From: Mobula hypostoma
Lineage: Eukaryota
Assembly (NCBI RefSeq): GCF_963921235.1
Contig: NC_086097.1
Location: forward strand, 160,024,001-160,088,000
Reading direction: 5' to 3'
DNA length: 64,000 nt
The notes below the pieces were generated by a model that did not search any database, was not told the DNA's origin, and saw only the letters and a program-made list of their open reading frames with translations. Of this stretch, positions 11,261-24,252 are shown in pieces; positions within the stretch are counted from its first letter, which is position 1, and each line of letters starts with the position of its first letter. The position numbers and the translations under genes were made by a program.

Positions 11261-12282
11261 ACTGCCTTTTCCTCGTTTTTTTTCTCTCCTTCCCTTTTCC
11301 ATAGACAGAAGATACAAAAGCTTAATAAAACCAGACTGTCTGCCTGAAGTACACCTTCTATTCAGCTATCTTAAGACTGTTGAATGGCCTCCTTGTATGC
11401 CAAAGAACTTTTGTTCTCTCTCACTCTATTATCATGGCATAGAATGCCTTTGGATGGCTGATTCTTTTCTTTATTTCTCAAAATCCTATTCCCTTTTGTC
11501 AATAAAGATGCCATTCCCATTCCTCAGTTCCTTTGTTTTTACAGCATCTGTTCCCAGGATGAGGCCTTCCTTCCCAGGATAGTAGTGATGTCCTCCTTCT
11601 TCAAAGAATGGGCTTCCCCTTCCTCCAACATCGATGCTGCCTCATCCACATTTCCTCCATTTCCCGGTCATCCACCTTCATCCATCTTCATGCCGTGTCA
11701 ACAGGGATAGAGTTCCTTTTGTCCTCACCTACCATCCCCTGAGCCTCCAGGTCTGGCACATCATTGTATGCAACTTCCACCACTCTACTACCAAACACAT
11801 CTTTCCTCCCCCATGCTTCACTTCCTGCAGGGACTGTTCCCTCCATGATTCCCTTGTTCATTTGTCCCTTCCAATTAATCTCCCTCTGGGCATTTATCCT
11901 TGCAAACAGTAGAAATGTTGCACCTACTCAATTGCTTCCTCCCTCACCTCTATTCAGGGACCCAAACAGTCCTTCCAGGTGAGGCAACACTTCACCTGTA
12001 AATCTGTAGGGTCACCTACTTTATCCTGTGCTCCCGATGCAGTCTCCTCTATACTGGGGAGACTCAATGCAGATTGGGGGATATCTTTGTTGACTATCTT
12101 TCCTCCCTCTGAAAAAAGTAAGCCATTTTATTTCCAATCCCCATTCCCATTCCGATCTGTTGGTCCATGGCCTCCTCTATTGCAGTGATGAGGCAACTGT
12201 TATGTTGAAGGAATAACACTTCATATTCCATCTGATTAGCCTCCAATCTGATGCCATAAACATCGATTTCTCCAACATCTGA

Positions 12283-12382
12283 AGCAACACACACAAAATG
12301 CTGGAGGAACACAGTAGGCCAAGCAGCATCAATGGATAAGAGTAAACAGTCGATGTTTCAGGTCTAGACCATTCATCAGGAT
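12283..12382 (-). mobile_element. Penelope pLTR copy with near-intact hammerhead core
   Basis: Reverse complement of 12347-12381: TC-CTGATGA-ATGGTCTAGACCT-GAAAC-ATC-GACTG. Confidence 0.85.
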
Positions 12383-12439
12383 CCCTCTCCAATTTCCAAT
12401 CATTTTCCCCCTTCCCCCATCCATCTTCTTCAAACCTCT

Positions 12440-14113
12440 AGAGGTAGCGGAGGTACTTAATGAATACTTCGTTTCAGTATTCACCAGGAAAAAGTCCTTG
12501 GCAATTGTAGGGATGACTTATAGAGGACTGAAATGCTTGAGCATATAGACATTAAGAAAGAGGATGTGCTGGAGCTTTTAAAAAGCATTGAGTTAGATAA
12601 GTCACCGGGACCGGATGAGATATACCCCAGGCTACTGTGGGAAGTGAGGGAGGAGATTGTAGAGCCTTTTGCAATGATCTTTGCCTCTTCAGTAGGGATG
12701 GGAGAAGTACTGCAGGATTAGAGGGTTGCAAATGTTTTTCCCTTGTTCAAGAAAGTGAGTAGAGATCATCCGGGAAATTATCAACTGATGGGTCTGATTT
12801 CAGTGGTGGGCAACTTGTTGGAGAAGATCCTGAGAGGCAGGATTTATGAGCATTTGGAGAGACATAATCTGATTAGGGATAGTGAGCATGGCTTTTTCAA
12901 GGGCAGGTCATGCCTTACAAGCCTGATTAAATTCTTTGAGGATGTGACTAAACACATTGATGAAGGTAGAGCAGTGGATGTAGTGTCTATGGATTTCGGT
13001 AAGGTACTTGATAAGGTTCCCCATGCAACGTTCCTTCAAGAGTAAGGACGCATGAGGTCCAAGGAGACTTTGCTTTGTGGACCTAGAACTGGCTTGCCTA
13101 CAGAAGGAAATGGGTGGTTGTAGATGGTTCATATTCTATATGGAGGTCAGTGACCAGTGGTGTTCCATAGAGATCTGTTCTGGGATCCCTCCTCTTTGTG
13201 ATTTTTATAAATGACCTGGATGAAGAAGTAGAAGGGTGGGTTAGGAAGTTTTCTGATGACAGAAAGGTTGAGGGTGTTGTGGATAGTCTAGAGGATTGTT
13301 AGAGGTTACAGCGGGACATCGATAGGATGATGAACTGGGCTGAGAAGTGGCAGATGGAGTTCAACCCAAATAAGTGTGCAGTAGTTCATTTTGATACATC
13401 CAATTTGAAGACAGATATCAATATAAATGGTAAGAATCTTGGCAGTGTGGAGGATCTGAGAAATCTTGCAGTCCTTATCGATAGGATTCTCAAAGCTGCT
13501 GCGCAAGTTGACAGTGCTGTTAAGAAGGCATGTGGTATGTTGGCATTCATCAACCATGAATTGAGTTCAAGAGCAGTGAAGTAATGTTACAGCAAACAAG
13601 ACCTTGGTCAGACCCCACCTGGAGTATTGTGTTCAGTTCTGGTCACTTCACTACAGGAAGGATGTGGATACTATAGAGAGAGTGCAGTGGAAATTTACAA
13701 GGATGTTGCCTGGATTGGAGGGTGTACCTTATGAGAATAGGTTGAGGGTACTTGGCCTTTTCTCCTTGGATTGACGGAGGATGAGAGGTGACATGATAGA
13801 GGTGTATAAGTTGATGAGAGGCATTGATTGTGTGGATAGCCAGAGGCTTTTTCCTAGGGCTGAAATGGCTAACACAAGGGGGCATAGTTTTAAGGTGCCT
13901 GGAAATGGGTACAGAGGGGATGTCAGGGCTAAGTTTTTCACACAGAGCGTGGTGGGTGCGTGGAATGCACTGCCGGTGGCAGTGGTGGAAGTGGATACAA
14001 TAGGGTCTTTTAAGAACCTCTTAGATAGGTACATGGAGCTTAGAAAGTTAGAGGGCTACGCGCCAGGGAAATTCTAGGCAGTTTCTAGAGTAAGTTACGT
14101 GGTTGGCACAACA
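12440..14113 (+). mobile_element. CR1 LINE (RT to 3'UTR), frameshifted
   Basis: ORFs 12533..12721 (KSPGPDEIYPRLL), 12743..13045 (HGF.KGRSCLT.LI.FFE), 13327..13584 (WAEKWQMEFN) and 13781..14077. Confidence 0.95.
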
Positions 14114-14469
14114 TTCTTCCCCTTATCTACCTATCAATTCCCCGGGTGTCTCTCCTCCTTCCCTTTCTCCCATGGTCCATTCTCCTGTCCTGTCAGATTC
14201 CTTCTTCTCTAGCCCTTTACCTTTTCCACCTATCACCACCTAGCTTCCTGCTTCATCCTTCTCTCCCACCTACCTGGCTTCACCTACTATATTCTTGCAT
14301 TTAATCCTTCCCCTCCTCCCACCTTCATATTGTAGCTTCTTCCCTTTTCCTTTCCACACCTGATAAAGGGTCTCACCCCAAAATGTTGAATGTTTATCCA
14401 TTTCCACAGGTGCTGCTGACCTTTCGACTTTCTCTAGGTATGATACATTTTGCCATTCTTTCTTACCAA

Positions 14470-15320
14470 CATTGGTGTGTTGGTAAGACCAGTAGTTATC
14501 ATCCATCCCTCATTGTACTTGAGAAAATGATGGGGAGTAAATAACTTAAACTGCTCTTGTCCTCCTGAAGGTACTCTTACAGGACTGTTGCTCAGGATTT
14601 TGGGCAAGCAACAATAAAAAAAAATAATAAGCTACAGTTTGTCACTAACTGTAGTGCATTTCCTTCTGTAGCTCTGCTACACCAGTACTGGGAAGATTGA
14701 ATGCTTAGGGTTTTGGATTAGGTGTCAATTTGTCCTGAATGTTGTTGAGCTTCTTGACCCATGCCTCATAGACAGTGGAAGTGCTTTGAGCTGAAAAGAA
14801 CTGGAACTTATGCCTCTGGTCTGTTCTTGCAGCCACAGCATCTGTGTAGTAGGTCCAGTTGAAAATCCAGCCGTGGCTGAGCATCCAGGAAAGTTGGCAA
14901 TGGTATTGCCACATTGAATAGCAAAGGTTGGTGATAAGATTTTCTCTTGTTGCTGATGATCATTGTTGGGCTTTTTTTGTGGAACGTTACTTGCCACTGA
15001 TCAGCTCCTGTTGAATGATGACTAGGTTTTGCTGTATTTAGGTATGGACTGGTTCATGTGCTGCAGAGATGCAAATTGCATTGAACATTGTGCAATCATC
15101 AGCAAGCAACAACACTTTTGACCTTACAATGAAAGAAAGATTATCAATATACTTAAGGGGAAGTTTTGCGGTGATTTCCTAGGCTGAGATGTTGGATTTC
15201 AAACGATCACAATCATCTTCTTTTGTGCAAAACCTGACTCCAATCATTGGAGCTAACTTGGTGTCCAAGTGAGTTCAGTTTTATCAAGTCTTTTTGGTGC
15301 CATTCTCAGTCAAATGTAGC
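14470..15320 (-). mobile_element. Old CR1-group LINE 3' portion
   Basis: Minus ORFs 14725..14997 and 14705..14914 (FNWT....VAAR..QR; KLNNIQDK); 3' region homologous to 39225-39480. Confidence 0.6.
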
Positions 15321-15324
15321 TTTA

Positions 15325-15895
15325 ATAACATATAAGACACTGGTAAGAGCACATTTGGAATACAGGTCGACCTTCACTAATCTGACTACCTGTAGTCCGG
15401 TTCTTTCGATAATCAGGTACTGATCATGCTTAATGTGATCCTTCTGTAATTCGGCATTTTCACTAATCCGGCACTCCTCAGGTCCCAATGGTGCCGGATT
15501 AGTGAAGGTCGACCTGTACTGCATAGAATTTTGTGTGTCCTGCTCTATAGAAGACCTTAATAGACTGGAAAGCATTTTTTCCCCTTGATTTTAGGAGGTT
15601 GAGGGGTGATCTAATGAACTTTTTTAAATCTTGTGGGACACAGATTAGGTGAAGAGCCGCAGTCTTTTGCCCAGCATAAAGGAGTCCAAAGCTAGAGCGT
15701 ATAGTTTTAAAGTGAAAGGGAAAAGATTTAATAGATGTAGACACAATTACAATTTTTATAAGACGTTTGAACAGGTTTAGAGGATTATGGGCCAATCATG
15801 GGTAAATAGGACATGCTCAGGGAGGCAATTTGGTCAGCATGGATGTGTTGGGGTGAAGGGACTATTTTCCATCTTGTACTGCTCTATGACTCTGT
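15325..15895 (+). mobile_element. CR1 3' fragment interrupted by a MITE
   Basis: YKTLVRAHLE|Y|CIEF reads through once the MITE and one TA are removed; RRLRGDL motif; tail CTCTATGACTCT. Confidence 0.8.
15363..15516. mobile_element. 154-bp MITE (pogo/Tigger-like, Tc1/mariner superfamily)
   Basis: Perfect 20-bp TIRs CAGGTCGACCTTCACTAATC (15363-15382 and 15497-15516); TA on both sides; internal repeat TTCACTAATCCGGCAC. Confidence 0.93.
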
Positions 15896-16087
15896 GAACC
15901 TATTTCCAAGATAGTTACTCTGATATCACTTGTGGAATAGAACTGATAGGTCTACATTTCAACAACACTGTAAAGAGGCCTGGAACCAAATAATCTTTGA
16001 AAACCGGCTGTCAGTGAACAACTATTGTAGAGTTAGTGATAATGCTGTCAATAAAATGGTCAATTCATGATTAGAAAACTGACAAAC

Positions 16088-17800
16088 TCCTTCGATTCCT
16101 GCTACTGTCTGTAAACCTAGAAACATAGAAAATAGGTGCACGAGTAGGGCATTCGGCCCTTCGAGCCTGCACCACCATTCAGTATGATCATGGCTGATCA
16201 TCCAACTCAGAACCCTGCACCAGCCTTCCCTCCATACCCCCTGATCCCTTTAGCCACAAGGGCCATATCTAACTCCCTCTTAAGTATAGCCAATGAACTG
16301 GCCTCAACTGTTTCCTGTGGCAGAGAATTCCACAGATTCACCATTCTCTGTGTGAAGAAGTTTTTCCTAATCTCAGTCCTAAAAGGCTTCCCCTTTATCC
16401 TCAGACTGTGACCCCCCGTTCTGGACTTCCCCAACATCGGGAACAATCTTCCTGCATCTAGCCTGTCCAATCCCTTTAGAATTTTATATGTTTCAATAAG
16501 ATCCCCCCTCAATCTTCTAAATTCCAATGAGTATAAGCCTAGTCGATCCAGTCTTTCATCACATGAAAGTCCTGCCATCCCAGGAATCAATCTGGTGAAC
16601 CTTCTTTGTACTCCCTCTAATCTTTCCTCAGATTACGGGACCAAAACTGCACACAATACTCCAGGTGTGATCTCACCAAGGCCTTGTACAACTGCAGTAG
16701 TACCTCCCTGCTCCTGTACTCGAATCCTCTTGCTACGAATGCCAGCATACCATTCGCCTTTTTCACTGCCTGCTGTAGCTGCATGCCCACTTTCAATGAC
16801 TGGTGCATAATGACACCCAGGTCTCGTTGCACCTCCCCTTTTCCTAATCAGCCACCATTCAGATAATAATCTGTTTTCCTGTTTTTGCCACCAAAGTGGA
16901 TAACCTCACATTTATCCACATTAGATTGCATCTGCCATGAATTTGCCCACTCACCTAACCTATCCAAGTCACCCTGCATCCTCCTAGCATCCTCCTCACA
17001 GCTAACACTGCCACCCAGCTTCGTGTCATCCGCAAACTTGGAGATGCTGCATTTAATTCCCTCATCTAAGTCATTAATATATATTGTAAACAACTGGGGT
17101 CCCAGCACTGAGCCTTGCGGTACCCCACTAGTCACTGCCTGCCATTCTGAAAAGGTCCTGTTTATTCCCACTTTTTGCTTCCTGTCTGCCAACCAATTCT
17201 CCATCCACATCAATACCTTACCCCCAATACCGTGTGCTTTAAGTTTGCACACTAATCTCCTGTGTGGGACCTTGTCAAAAGCCTTTTGAAAATCCAAATA
17301 TACCACATCCACTGGTTCTCCCCTATCCACTCTACTAGTTACATCTTCAAAAAATTCTATGAGATTCGTCAGACATGATTTTCCTTTCACAAATCCATGC
17401 TGACTTTGTCCGATGATTTCATTGCTTTCCAAATGTGCTGTTATCACACCTTTGATAACTGACTCCAGCAGTTTCCCCACCACCGACGTTAGGCTAACCG
17501 GCCTATAATTCCCTGGTTTCTCTCTCCCTCCTTTTTAAAAAAGTGAGGTTACATTAGCCACCCTCCAATCCTCAGGAGTTTTAAAGTTCTCCCTGTGACC
17601 GTGGGCTTTCTCCCACAATCCAAAAGCATACGTTTAGGCAGGCTATATTAGTGCCAAAAGCATGCTGACAATTACACACTCTCCCAGCACAATCCTTGGA
17701 CTGTGCTGGTTGTAGACACAAAACAACACATTTCACTGGATGTTTTGATGTTTCGATGTACCTGTGACAAATAAAAATAACCTTTATCTTTACCTTCAAT
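16088..17800 (+). mobile_element. tRNA-derived SINE split by a CR1 insertion
   Basis: TTCGATTCCTGCTACTGTCTGTAA (about 16090-16113) continues as GGAGTTTTAAAGTTCTCCCTGTGACCGTGGG (about 17575 onward) to a tail near 17790. Confidence 0.7.
16117..17574 (-). mobile_element. CR1 LINE (RT to 3' tail), well preserved
   Basis: ORF 16848..17483 (QHGFVKGKSCLTNL, YLDFQKAFDKV, GVPQGSVLGP, KFADDTK) plus 16617..16832 and 16207..16590; TTTCTATG tail. Confidence 0.96.
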
Positions 17801-18214
17801 CATTTTGCTGAAAATTGAGAATAGGCTTAGATGGTAATAAGGTGGATAGATTTTGTTTTGTTTTATAAGCAGGATTTATATTACCTTGCTCATTTTCTGC
17901 AGTATTGAGTTGAAAACAATAGTTTAAGGGTACTAGGCAGCTTGGCTAGAGACACAGCTCATTCTGAAGCACAGTTATTTCTACAGCTAGAGGCTTCTCT
18001 GCTCAATTACCTTTAGTGCCCTAAGTAAGTGCCCCATTTTCAGGCAGTTTTCTGGACAATGTGGTTTTCCTCCCTTTGTCATTTGTTTCACCTCTATGAT
18101 GAAATCACTCTACTAGAATTGATTTGATTCACTGCCTTGGTGTTCGAATTATGTGCTGAGCTTAACAGATGTCTGATGTCTCACTCACCCAGGGAAAGTG
18201 AATGTGCAGTACAT

Positions 18215-18946
18215 CGCCTCTCCTTTCCCGGTGTTGTGATCACCGCGTGGTCACTGTCCTACATTACTACGTCCATAGCAACACCTTCTCGCCGGTACTC
18301 CCCGTTTCCACCGAGCTTGGTACGTCATGGCATGACCGAATGTCCAGCGGTATGACTGGATGGGTAGGCTGAGCTCGTTAACCTTGGTTGGCAGCCAGCC
18401 TAAGAGAAGGACAACTCTGAATCCAAACCCAGGCAGGTGGGGCCCGTTAGCCTTGTCAGGCCATCCACCAAGGAGAAGGACACTCCGGTGTAAACTTTAC
18501 AATCCGAGGACCTCGCTGTCACCGTCCCAGCTTGCTAGGCTGTGGCAGATGAACCCCGGGTGTAAAGGGTGGGGCCAGTACCGCGCATACTGCACTCCAC
18601 CTAATATACCATTGCGCAGGCCGAAGGACATGCCCATGTCTACGACCATCCTCCCCGACCATTCCTCCAGCCCTGCAGCGATGGGAAAGGGGCGAAAACG
18701 GCAGGTGGAAGATGACATTGGAAGCCACAGTTCCAATCCTGCATGCAGGCGGTTCAGGTGTATGGGTCGTCTGATGTTGACCCTGGAGACGACGATATCA
18801 TTCGGCAGCACCCTGAACGACCAAGCAGCCTTCTCTAGGGACAACACTGCTTGCTCCACACGGAGAGGGGCCTAGAAAAGGCAGAAGACATGGGCAGCCC
18901 CCTTCCTAAATCTTCGTTCGCAAAGCCAAGCCATGATGATGATGAA
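18215..18946 (+). mobile_element. Non-autonomous RTE-derived retroposon (5'UTR-like body plus short 3' tail)
   Basis: CpG-rich island in AT-rich DNA; two copies of TARCCTTG..C(C/T)AAGRGAAGGACA, which resembles the RTE 5'UTR motif GGAGAAGGAAAACTC; ends GCCAAGCC-(ATG)4; no RT coding sequence. Confidence 0.6.
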
Positions 18947-19229
18947 ATTGATATACTCAGGAAATCAGGCAGCTTCCACAGAAAGAGAAAAAATGAAGTT
19001 GATGCTTCAGGGCAATACTTTTCTGCCTAAATAAGTGATTGATTTGATACATTAATCCAAAGCCAGGTAGCACTCTCATGTCTACAATACAACAGCAGTT
19101 CATTCCAGTCTCACCCATGTGCTCTGGACTGTGTTTCAGACCTGCATCCTTCATTATTATTGTGTCTATCAATTGTAAGAGTGGACCAGTAATCAGGTAA
19201 AGGACACAACAGTAAAAGCAGCGTGGTAC

Positions 19230-21150
19230 AAGATGGAGTGCAGAAAATTTACAATCACCAGTGAATGGTATTGAACCAACTGACGACGCTGCATGCCAAC
19301 AATTGTCCAGCTCCTGACAGCCAGAGACTTCAACCCAGAGTCTAAACAGAAGTTACTAGTCAGGTAGTTGAACTTTGGTTTTAATTTTCCAAAACTTCCT
19401 GGATTTGGGACAGGTTCTGTTAGATAGGAAACAACAAATATGACTCCTTTATTGAAAAGAAATATGGCTCCTTTATTCAAAAAGCTGACTCCATTATTCA
19501 AAAGACAGACAGAAAGTAGGGAACTAAAGGCCAATTAGTTTAACGTCTGCCAAAAAAATGTCAGGATCGAATATTAAAGATAATATAGCAAGGCACTTAA
19601 ACAAATTCAGTAAAATAAAACATTGTTTTGTGAAAAGGAAATTATGTTTGACCAATTTGTTTATGCTCTTTGAAGTAACAAAATCTACAGATAAAAGGGA
19701 CTCAATGGATGTGCTGCACTTAAATCTAGAGTAGCAGAATCAGTATCAGGTTTAATATCACTGGCATTTGTCATGAAATTTGTTATTTTGTGTCAGCAGT
19801 ACATTGCAATACATAATAATAAAAACTATAAATTATAAAAAGATAAATTTTTAAAAAGAACATTAAATTCAATAAGTAGTTCAAAAAGAGAGGAAAAAAT
19901 GCTGAGCTAGTCTTTATGAGATCATTGTCCATTCATAAATATAATGGTGGAGGAAAGGAAGTTGTTGCTAAAATGTTGAGTATGTGTCTTCAGGCTCTGT
20001 ACAACCTTCTTGATGGTAGCAATGAAAAGAGGGCATGTCCTGGGTGATGGGTGTCCTTAACGATAGATGCCACCTTTTTGAGGCATCACCTTTTGAAGGG
20101 TGATGCTAGCGCCAATGATGGAGCTGGCAGTTTACAACTTCCTGACTCTTTTTCCAATCCTGTGCAGAGGCTCCCTCATACCAGATAGTTATGCAACTAG
20201 TCAGAATGCTGTCCATGCTACATCTGTAGAATTTGCAAGTGTCTTTGATGACATACCAATTCTACTGAAATTCCTAATGAAATATAGCCACTGTCAGTCC
20301 TTCTTCGTAATTGCATCAATATATTGTGCCCAGGATAGATCCTCGGAGATGTTGATGCCCACCAATTTGAGACTGCTCCTGTTCCACTTCTGGTTCCTCA
20401 AAGAACTTCTTCACAGTAGGTGTGAGTGCCACTTAGTGGTAGTCATTGAAGCAGTTCATCCTGCTCTTCTTGGGCACTGGTATGACTTTTGCCCTTTTGA
20501 ATTAAGTGGGAACCTTTGACTGAAGCAGTGAGACATTGAAGATGTTCTCGAGTTGGTTGGTACAGGTGTTCTGAGCCCGACCAGCTACTACATCAGGGCC
20601 TGGTGCCTTGTGAGGGTTCACCCTCTTGGAAGGTGTTCTGACACCAGTCACCATGACACCAGATACTGCAGGAATTTTCACAGGTGTAGCTTTATTCTTC
20701 CTTTAAAAGTGTGCATAAAAGATATCAGGTTTCGCTTTGCAGGAAGTATTGGCCTGCAAACCCTTCGAGATCATCAAAACTTATTGCAAAAATAAAAGCT
20801 AATGGTACTGGAGAGATCTATTGGCACCGCCATAAGATTGGATGGCCAACAGGAAACAAAGTATAAGTGGGTCATTTTCTACTATAATGAATAGTGAGCC
20901 ATGGTAAGGTTCTGGGGCATAAACTTTCTACTCTTTATCTGAATGGTTTGATGCAGCCACCATGGGATGGTTGCTACATTTGCTAGCAACACAGAAATAG
21001 AGAGGAAAATAATTGCAAAATAAGGACATAAGGAGACAATAAAATGCTTTGCACAGTTTAAATGAGTGGGCAAAGTTTGACAAATTAATATGACAAATTT
21101 GGCAGGACAAATAGAAACTGTCCATTTTGGCAGGAAAAGCAGATGGAATA
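19230..21150 (+). mobile_element. Old CR1 RT fragments (19230-19730 and about 20730-21150) split by a Rex1 insertion
   Basis: Decayed NMTPLFKK..GN.RPISLTS, FVK.KLCLTNL and VHFGRK motifs in order. Confidence 0.65.
19735..20720 (-). mobile_element. Rex1/Babar-type LINE 3' portion with internal deletion
   Basis: Homologous to 7762-8700; CLKKVASIVKDTHHPGHALFSLLPS motif on the minus strand; ATTCTG-type tail. Confidence 0.8.
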
Positions 21151-22500
21151 TTCAGATTCAGGCTCAGATTTATTTATAGAAAAACATAGAAAACCTACAA
21201 CACAATACAGGCCCTTCAGCCCACAAAGTTGTGCTGAACATGTCCCTACCTTAGAAATTACGAGGGTTACCCATAGCCCTCTATTTTTCTAAGCTCCATA
21301 TACCTATCCAAAAGTCTCTTAAAAGACCCTATCTTATCCGCCTCCACCACCATTGCTGGCAGTCCATTCCACGCACTCACCACTCCCTGCATGAATAACT
21401 TAGCCCTGACATCTCCTCTGTTCCTACTCCTAAGCACCTTAAACCTGCGCCGTCTTGTGGCAGCCATTTCAACCCTGGGAAAAAATCTCTGACTATCCAC
21501 ATGATCAATGCCTCTCATCATCTTATACACCTCTGTCAGGTCACCTCACATCCTCTTTCGCTCCAAGGAGAAAAGTCCGAGTTCACTCAACTTGCCTTCA
21601 TAAGGCATGCTCCCAAATCCAGGCAACATCCTTGTAAATCTCCTCTGCACCCTTTCTATGGTTTCTACATTCTTCCTATAGTGAGGCAACTAGAACTGAG
21701 CACAGTACTCCAAGTGGGGTCTGACCAGGGTCCTATATAGCTGCAACATTACTTCTCAACTCCTAAATTCAATTCCACGATTGATGAAGGCCAATACACT
21801 GTATTCCTTCTTAACCACAGAGTCAACCTGCACAGCTGCTTTGAGTGTCCAATGGACTCGGACCCCAAGATCCCTCTGATCCTCCACACTTCCAAGAGTC
21901 TTATCATTAATACTATATTCTACCATCATATTTGACCTATCAAAATGAACCACTTCACACTTATCTGGGTTGAACTCCATCTGCCACTTCTCAGCCCAGT
22001 TTTGCATCCTATCAATGTCTCTCTGCAACCTCTGACAGCCCTCCACATGATCCACAACACCCCCCAACCTTTGTGTCATCAGCAAACTTACTAACACATC
22101 CCTCCACTTCCTCATCCAGGTGAAACATACAATGAGATGCATAGTTTGCGTTAGCAACCAACACAATCAAGGATGTGCTGGGGAAACCTACATTGTTGCC
22201 ACACACTCTAGCTTCAACATAGCTTGCCCATTATGTTCACAGAATAACAGAAGCAGCCACAGCAACAACTAAACAAAGCAAGGCCATAAAAGCAAAACAA
22301 GCCCCTTCCCCAGCACCCACTCACATACACATACAGTTTCCAACCCCAAAATAGGACGCTGTGGGTCTCCAGTCCTTGGCCCTGGACTCCCAGACACACA
22401 GACGTCCAGCCTCCAACCTCCAGTTCCAGGGCTTCACTCAGAGTTGCAGCTATCAGGCCTTTGGCCTCCGGAGTAGTCGACCCAGAAGCTTCAACTTTTG
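21150..22500 (-). mobile_element. Non-autonomous retroposon (tail at 21150-21176, body 22120-22500) split by a CR1
   Basis: (CTGAAT)n-like tail; body 22120-22230 is similar to the reverse complement of the SINE 3' part at 17640-17770. Confidence 0.55.
21177..22120 (-). mobile_element. CR1 LINE, 5'-truncated
   Basis: ORFs 22012..22206 (SKFADDTK), 21756..22166 and 21267..21530; same 3'UTR and tail as 2832-2930. Confidence 0.95.
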
Positions 22501-22705
22501 CAATGAAATAAAGGGAATTACAGAGGAATGAGAGAGGAGCTTGCTCAGGTGAATTGGGGGGCATTACTGGCAGGGATGATGGCAGAACAGAGGTGTATGG
22601 CTTTGAAAGGGATCCAGGATCAGCCATTATGAGAAGGCTGAGCTGACTCAATGGGCTGAATGGCCCAGGATTCTGCTCCTGTTTTACATCCTTATGGTCT
22701 TATGG
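22500..22705 (+). mobile_element. Internally deleted CR1 (EN-RT linker joined to 3'UTR)
   Basis: KGNYRGMREELAQVNW..LLAG followed within about 100 bp by a CR1 3'UTR and CTTATGGT tail. Confidence 0.6.
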
Positions 22706-23904
22706 GCCTTCATGTCTCTGCCTCCGCACTTGCTGACCGGTCTTCCATCTTCAGGAATATTATATCATGGTGAGAAATTGCAGAGTTCTGGGGTGTAGAG
22801 GGATCTGAGTATCTTAGTGCTTCATTCACGGAAGATTAGTATGCAAGACTCAAGTAAACCAATGAACACTGTATTAATTAACATTTATAAAAAAGTACTT
22901 TGTTAAAAAGAGGATCAAAATTCACCCTGATATAACTGAGATGGGAAGATGGTGATTTCTGGTCTGTTGGAACCATGGATCTGTCATGGCTCAAGGCAAC
23001 AATCTGTGGCTACACAGAGCAAGGCTGGTGTATACTTTCTGGACTGTTTTACTACCTCACTGCAGATTAGAAGGGTTGTACAGAGACCAAGTCTGAGCAA
23101 ATTATACAGCATCCATCTCTTCTAATTTCTTCTCAGTAGTCTTTAATTTACAACTAAAACATCCAATGTATATTTGCAGGGAGGTCCATTTATTATTAAC
23201 AATAGTTAAAATGTCTTGGTAGGGAATACTAATGACTAGAATATCATAGAAAGAGAAACGTCGCATGGTAAATAATCCTTCCTATATTTAGAGGACATTA
23301 AAATATAATGAAGATATAAAATTAATTCATTAGCAGTTGTGTTAATAGTAAGGTCTGTAAAGGATGTTTAAAACTAGCTAAAGGTGTGAAAATTATAAAC
23401 ATTAAAAAACTGAGCGATTTGCCAATAGGACATTTCAAGTACAGGAACTAAATTGATTATGCCATGGTTTCTATCCTATCTGATCATATATCAAAGGAAA
23501 ACTGAAAACCTCAAGGGCTTCACGTGAGTGGCTTGGCCTATAGCACTCATTCTGTGTCCTCCTAACACATTAGTGCAAAACATCTCGTGAAGACACGTCA
23601 AGCACCAGCTACAGCATTTTTAATGGCTTCTGGAGGATCTTGTAAGCAGGAGGTCACAGTGTCTCTTACTCTTGTTTATTGTAAAAGAGAATGTAAGAGA
23701 GGTTGGGAAAAGTAAGTGGCTTTACCTTTGATCTGTCTCACCTTCAACCTGCAGAGTCCATGCTGCATTCTCTAAACTTGCAAAACTCCTATGAACCTGC
23801 CCCACCCAATACAAACCCTACATAACCAACAAGTGCTAACCATTGTCATTTGTGCTTTTGGACCATGAAATCTCCCACATTTGTTGATTGGCTTTGTGTG
23901 TGAG

Positions 23905-24252
23905 AAGGTATCAGCACTCTGAAGGGCGGTGCCTCAAGAAGATGACATCCGTTGTTAAGGATCTTCACCATCTGAGACATGTTCTCTTCTCCTCTCTTCT
24001 CATTACTATCATCGGTGAGGAGATACAGGAATCCGTAGGCACAGACTCAACACTTCAGCAGCAGCTTCTTCCCCGCCATCAGATTTCTAAGCGGTTTGCA
24101 AATCCATGAACACTACCTCCCTATTCCTGTTTTGCATTACTTTTTATTTTATTTTTTATTGCAGCTTATTTTTTTATATGCTTAATCTGTACTGCTGCCA
24201 AAATAACAATACATTTTAGGGCATATGTCAGTGATAATAAGCCTGATTCTGA
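23905..24252 (+). mobile_element. Rex1/Babar-type 3' fragment
   Basis: RCLKKMTSVVKDLHHLRHVLFS (ORF 23888..24109); CTGATTCTGA tail. Confidence 0.8.

Larger units (their letters stand above)
11450..14425 (+). mobile_element. Penelope-like element (RT C-terminus, GIY-YIG, 3' region, pLTR), interrupted by an inverted pLTR and a CR1
   Basis: Decayed IP.PQFL..ICSQDEAF..MSSFFKEWG(F)P, DRVPFVLTYHP and RQHFTCKSVG motifs; the pyrimidine-rich 3' region resumes at 14114 and ends in a degenerate hammerhead at 14360-14392. Confidence 0.85.

Noticed and set aside
18190..18295. HDV-like ribozyme (GGGAAAG/CTTTCCC followed by GG and a hairpin)
   Set aside because: The required P3/L3 and P2 pairings could not be formed.
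18360..18875. 171-aa ORF and overlapping antisense ORFs
   Set aside because: No recognisable domain; long ORFs on both strands are expected in GC-rich non-coding repeat sequence.
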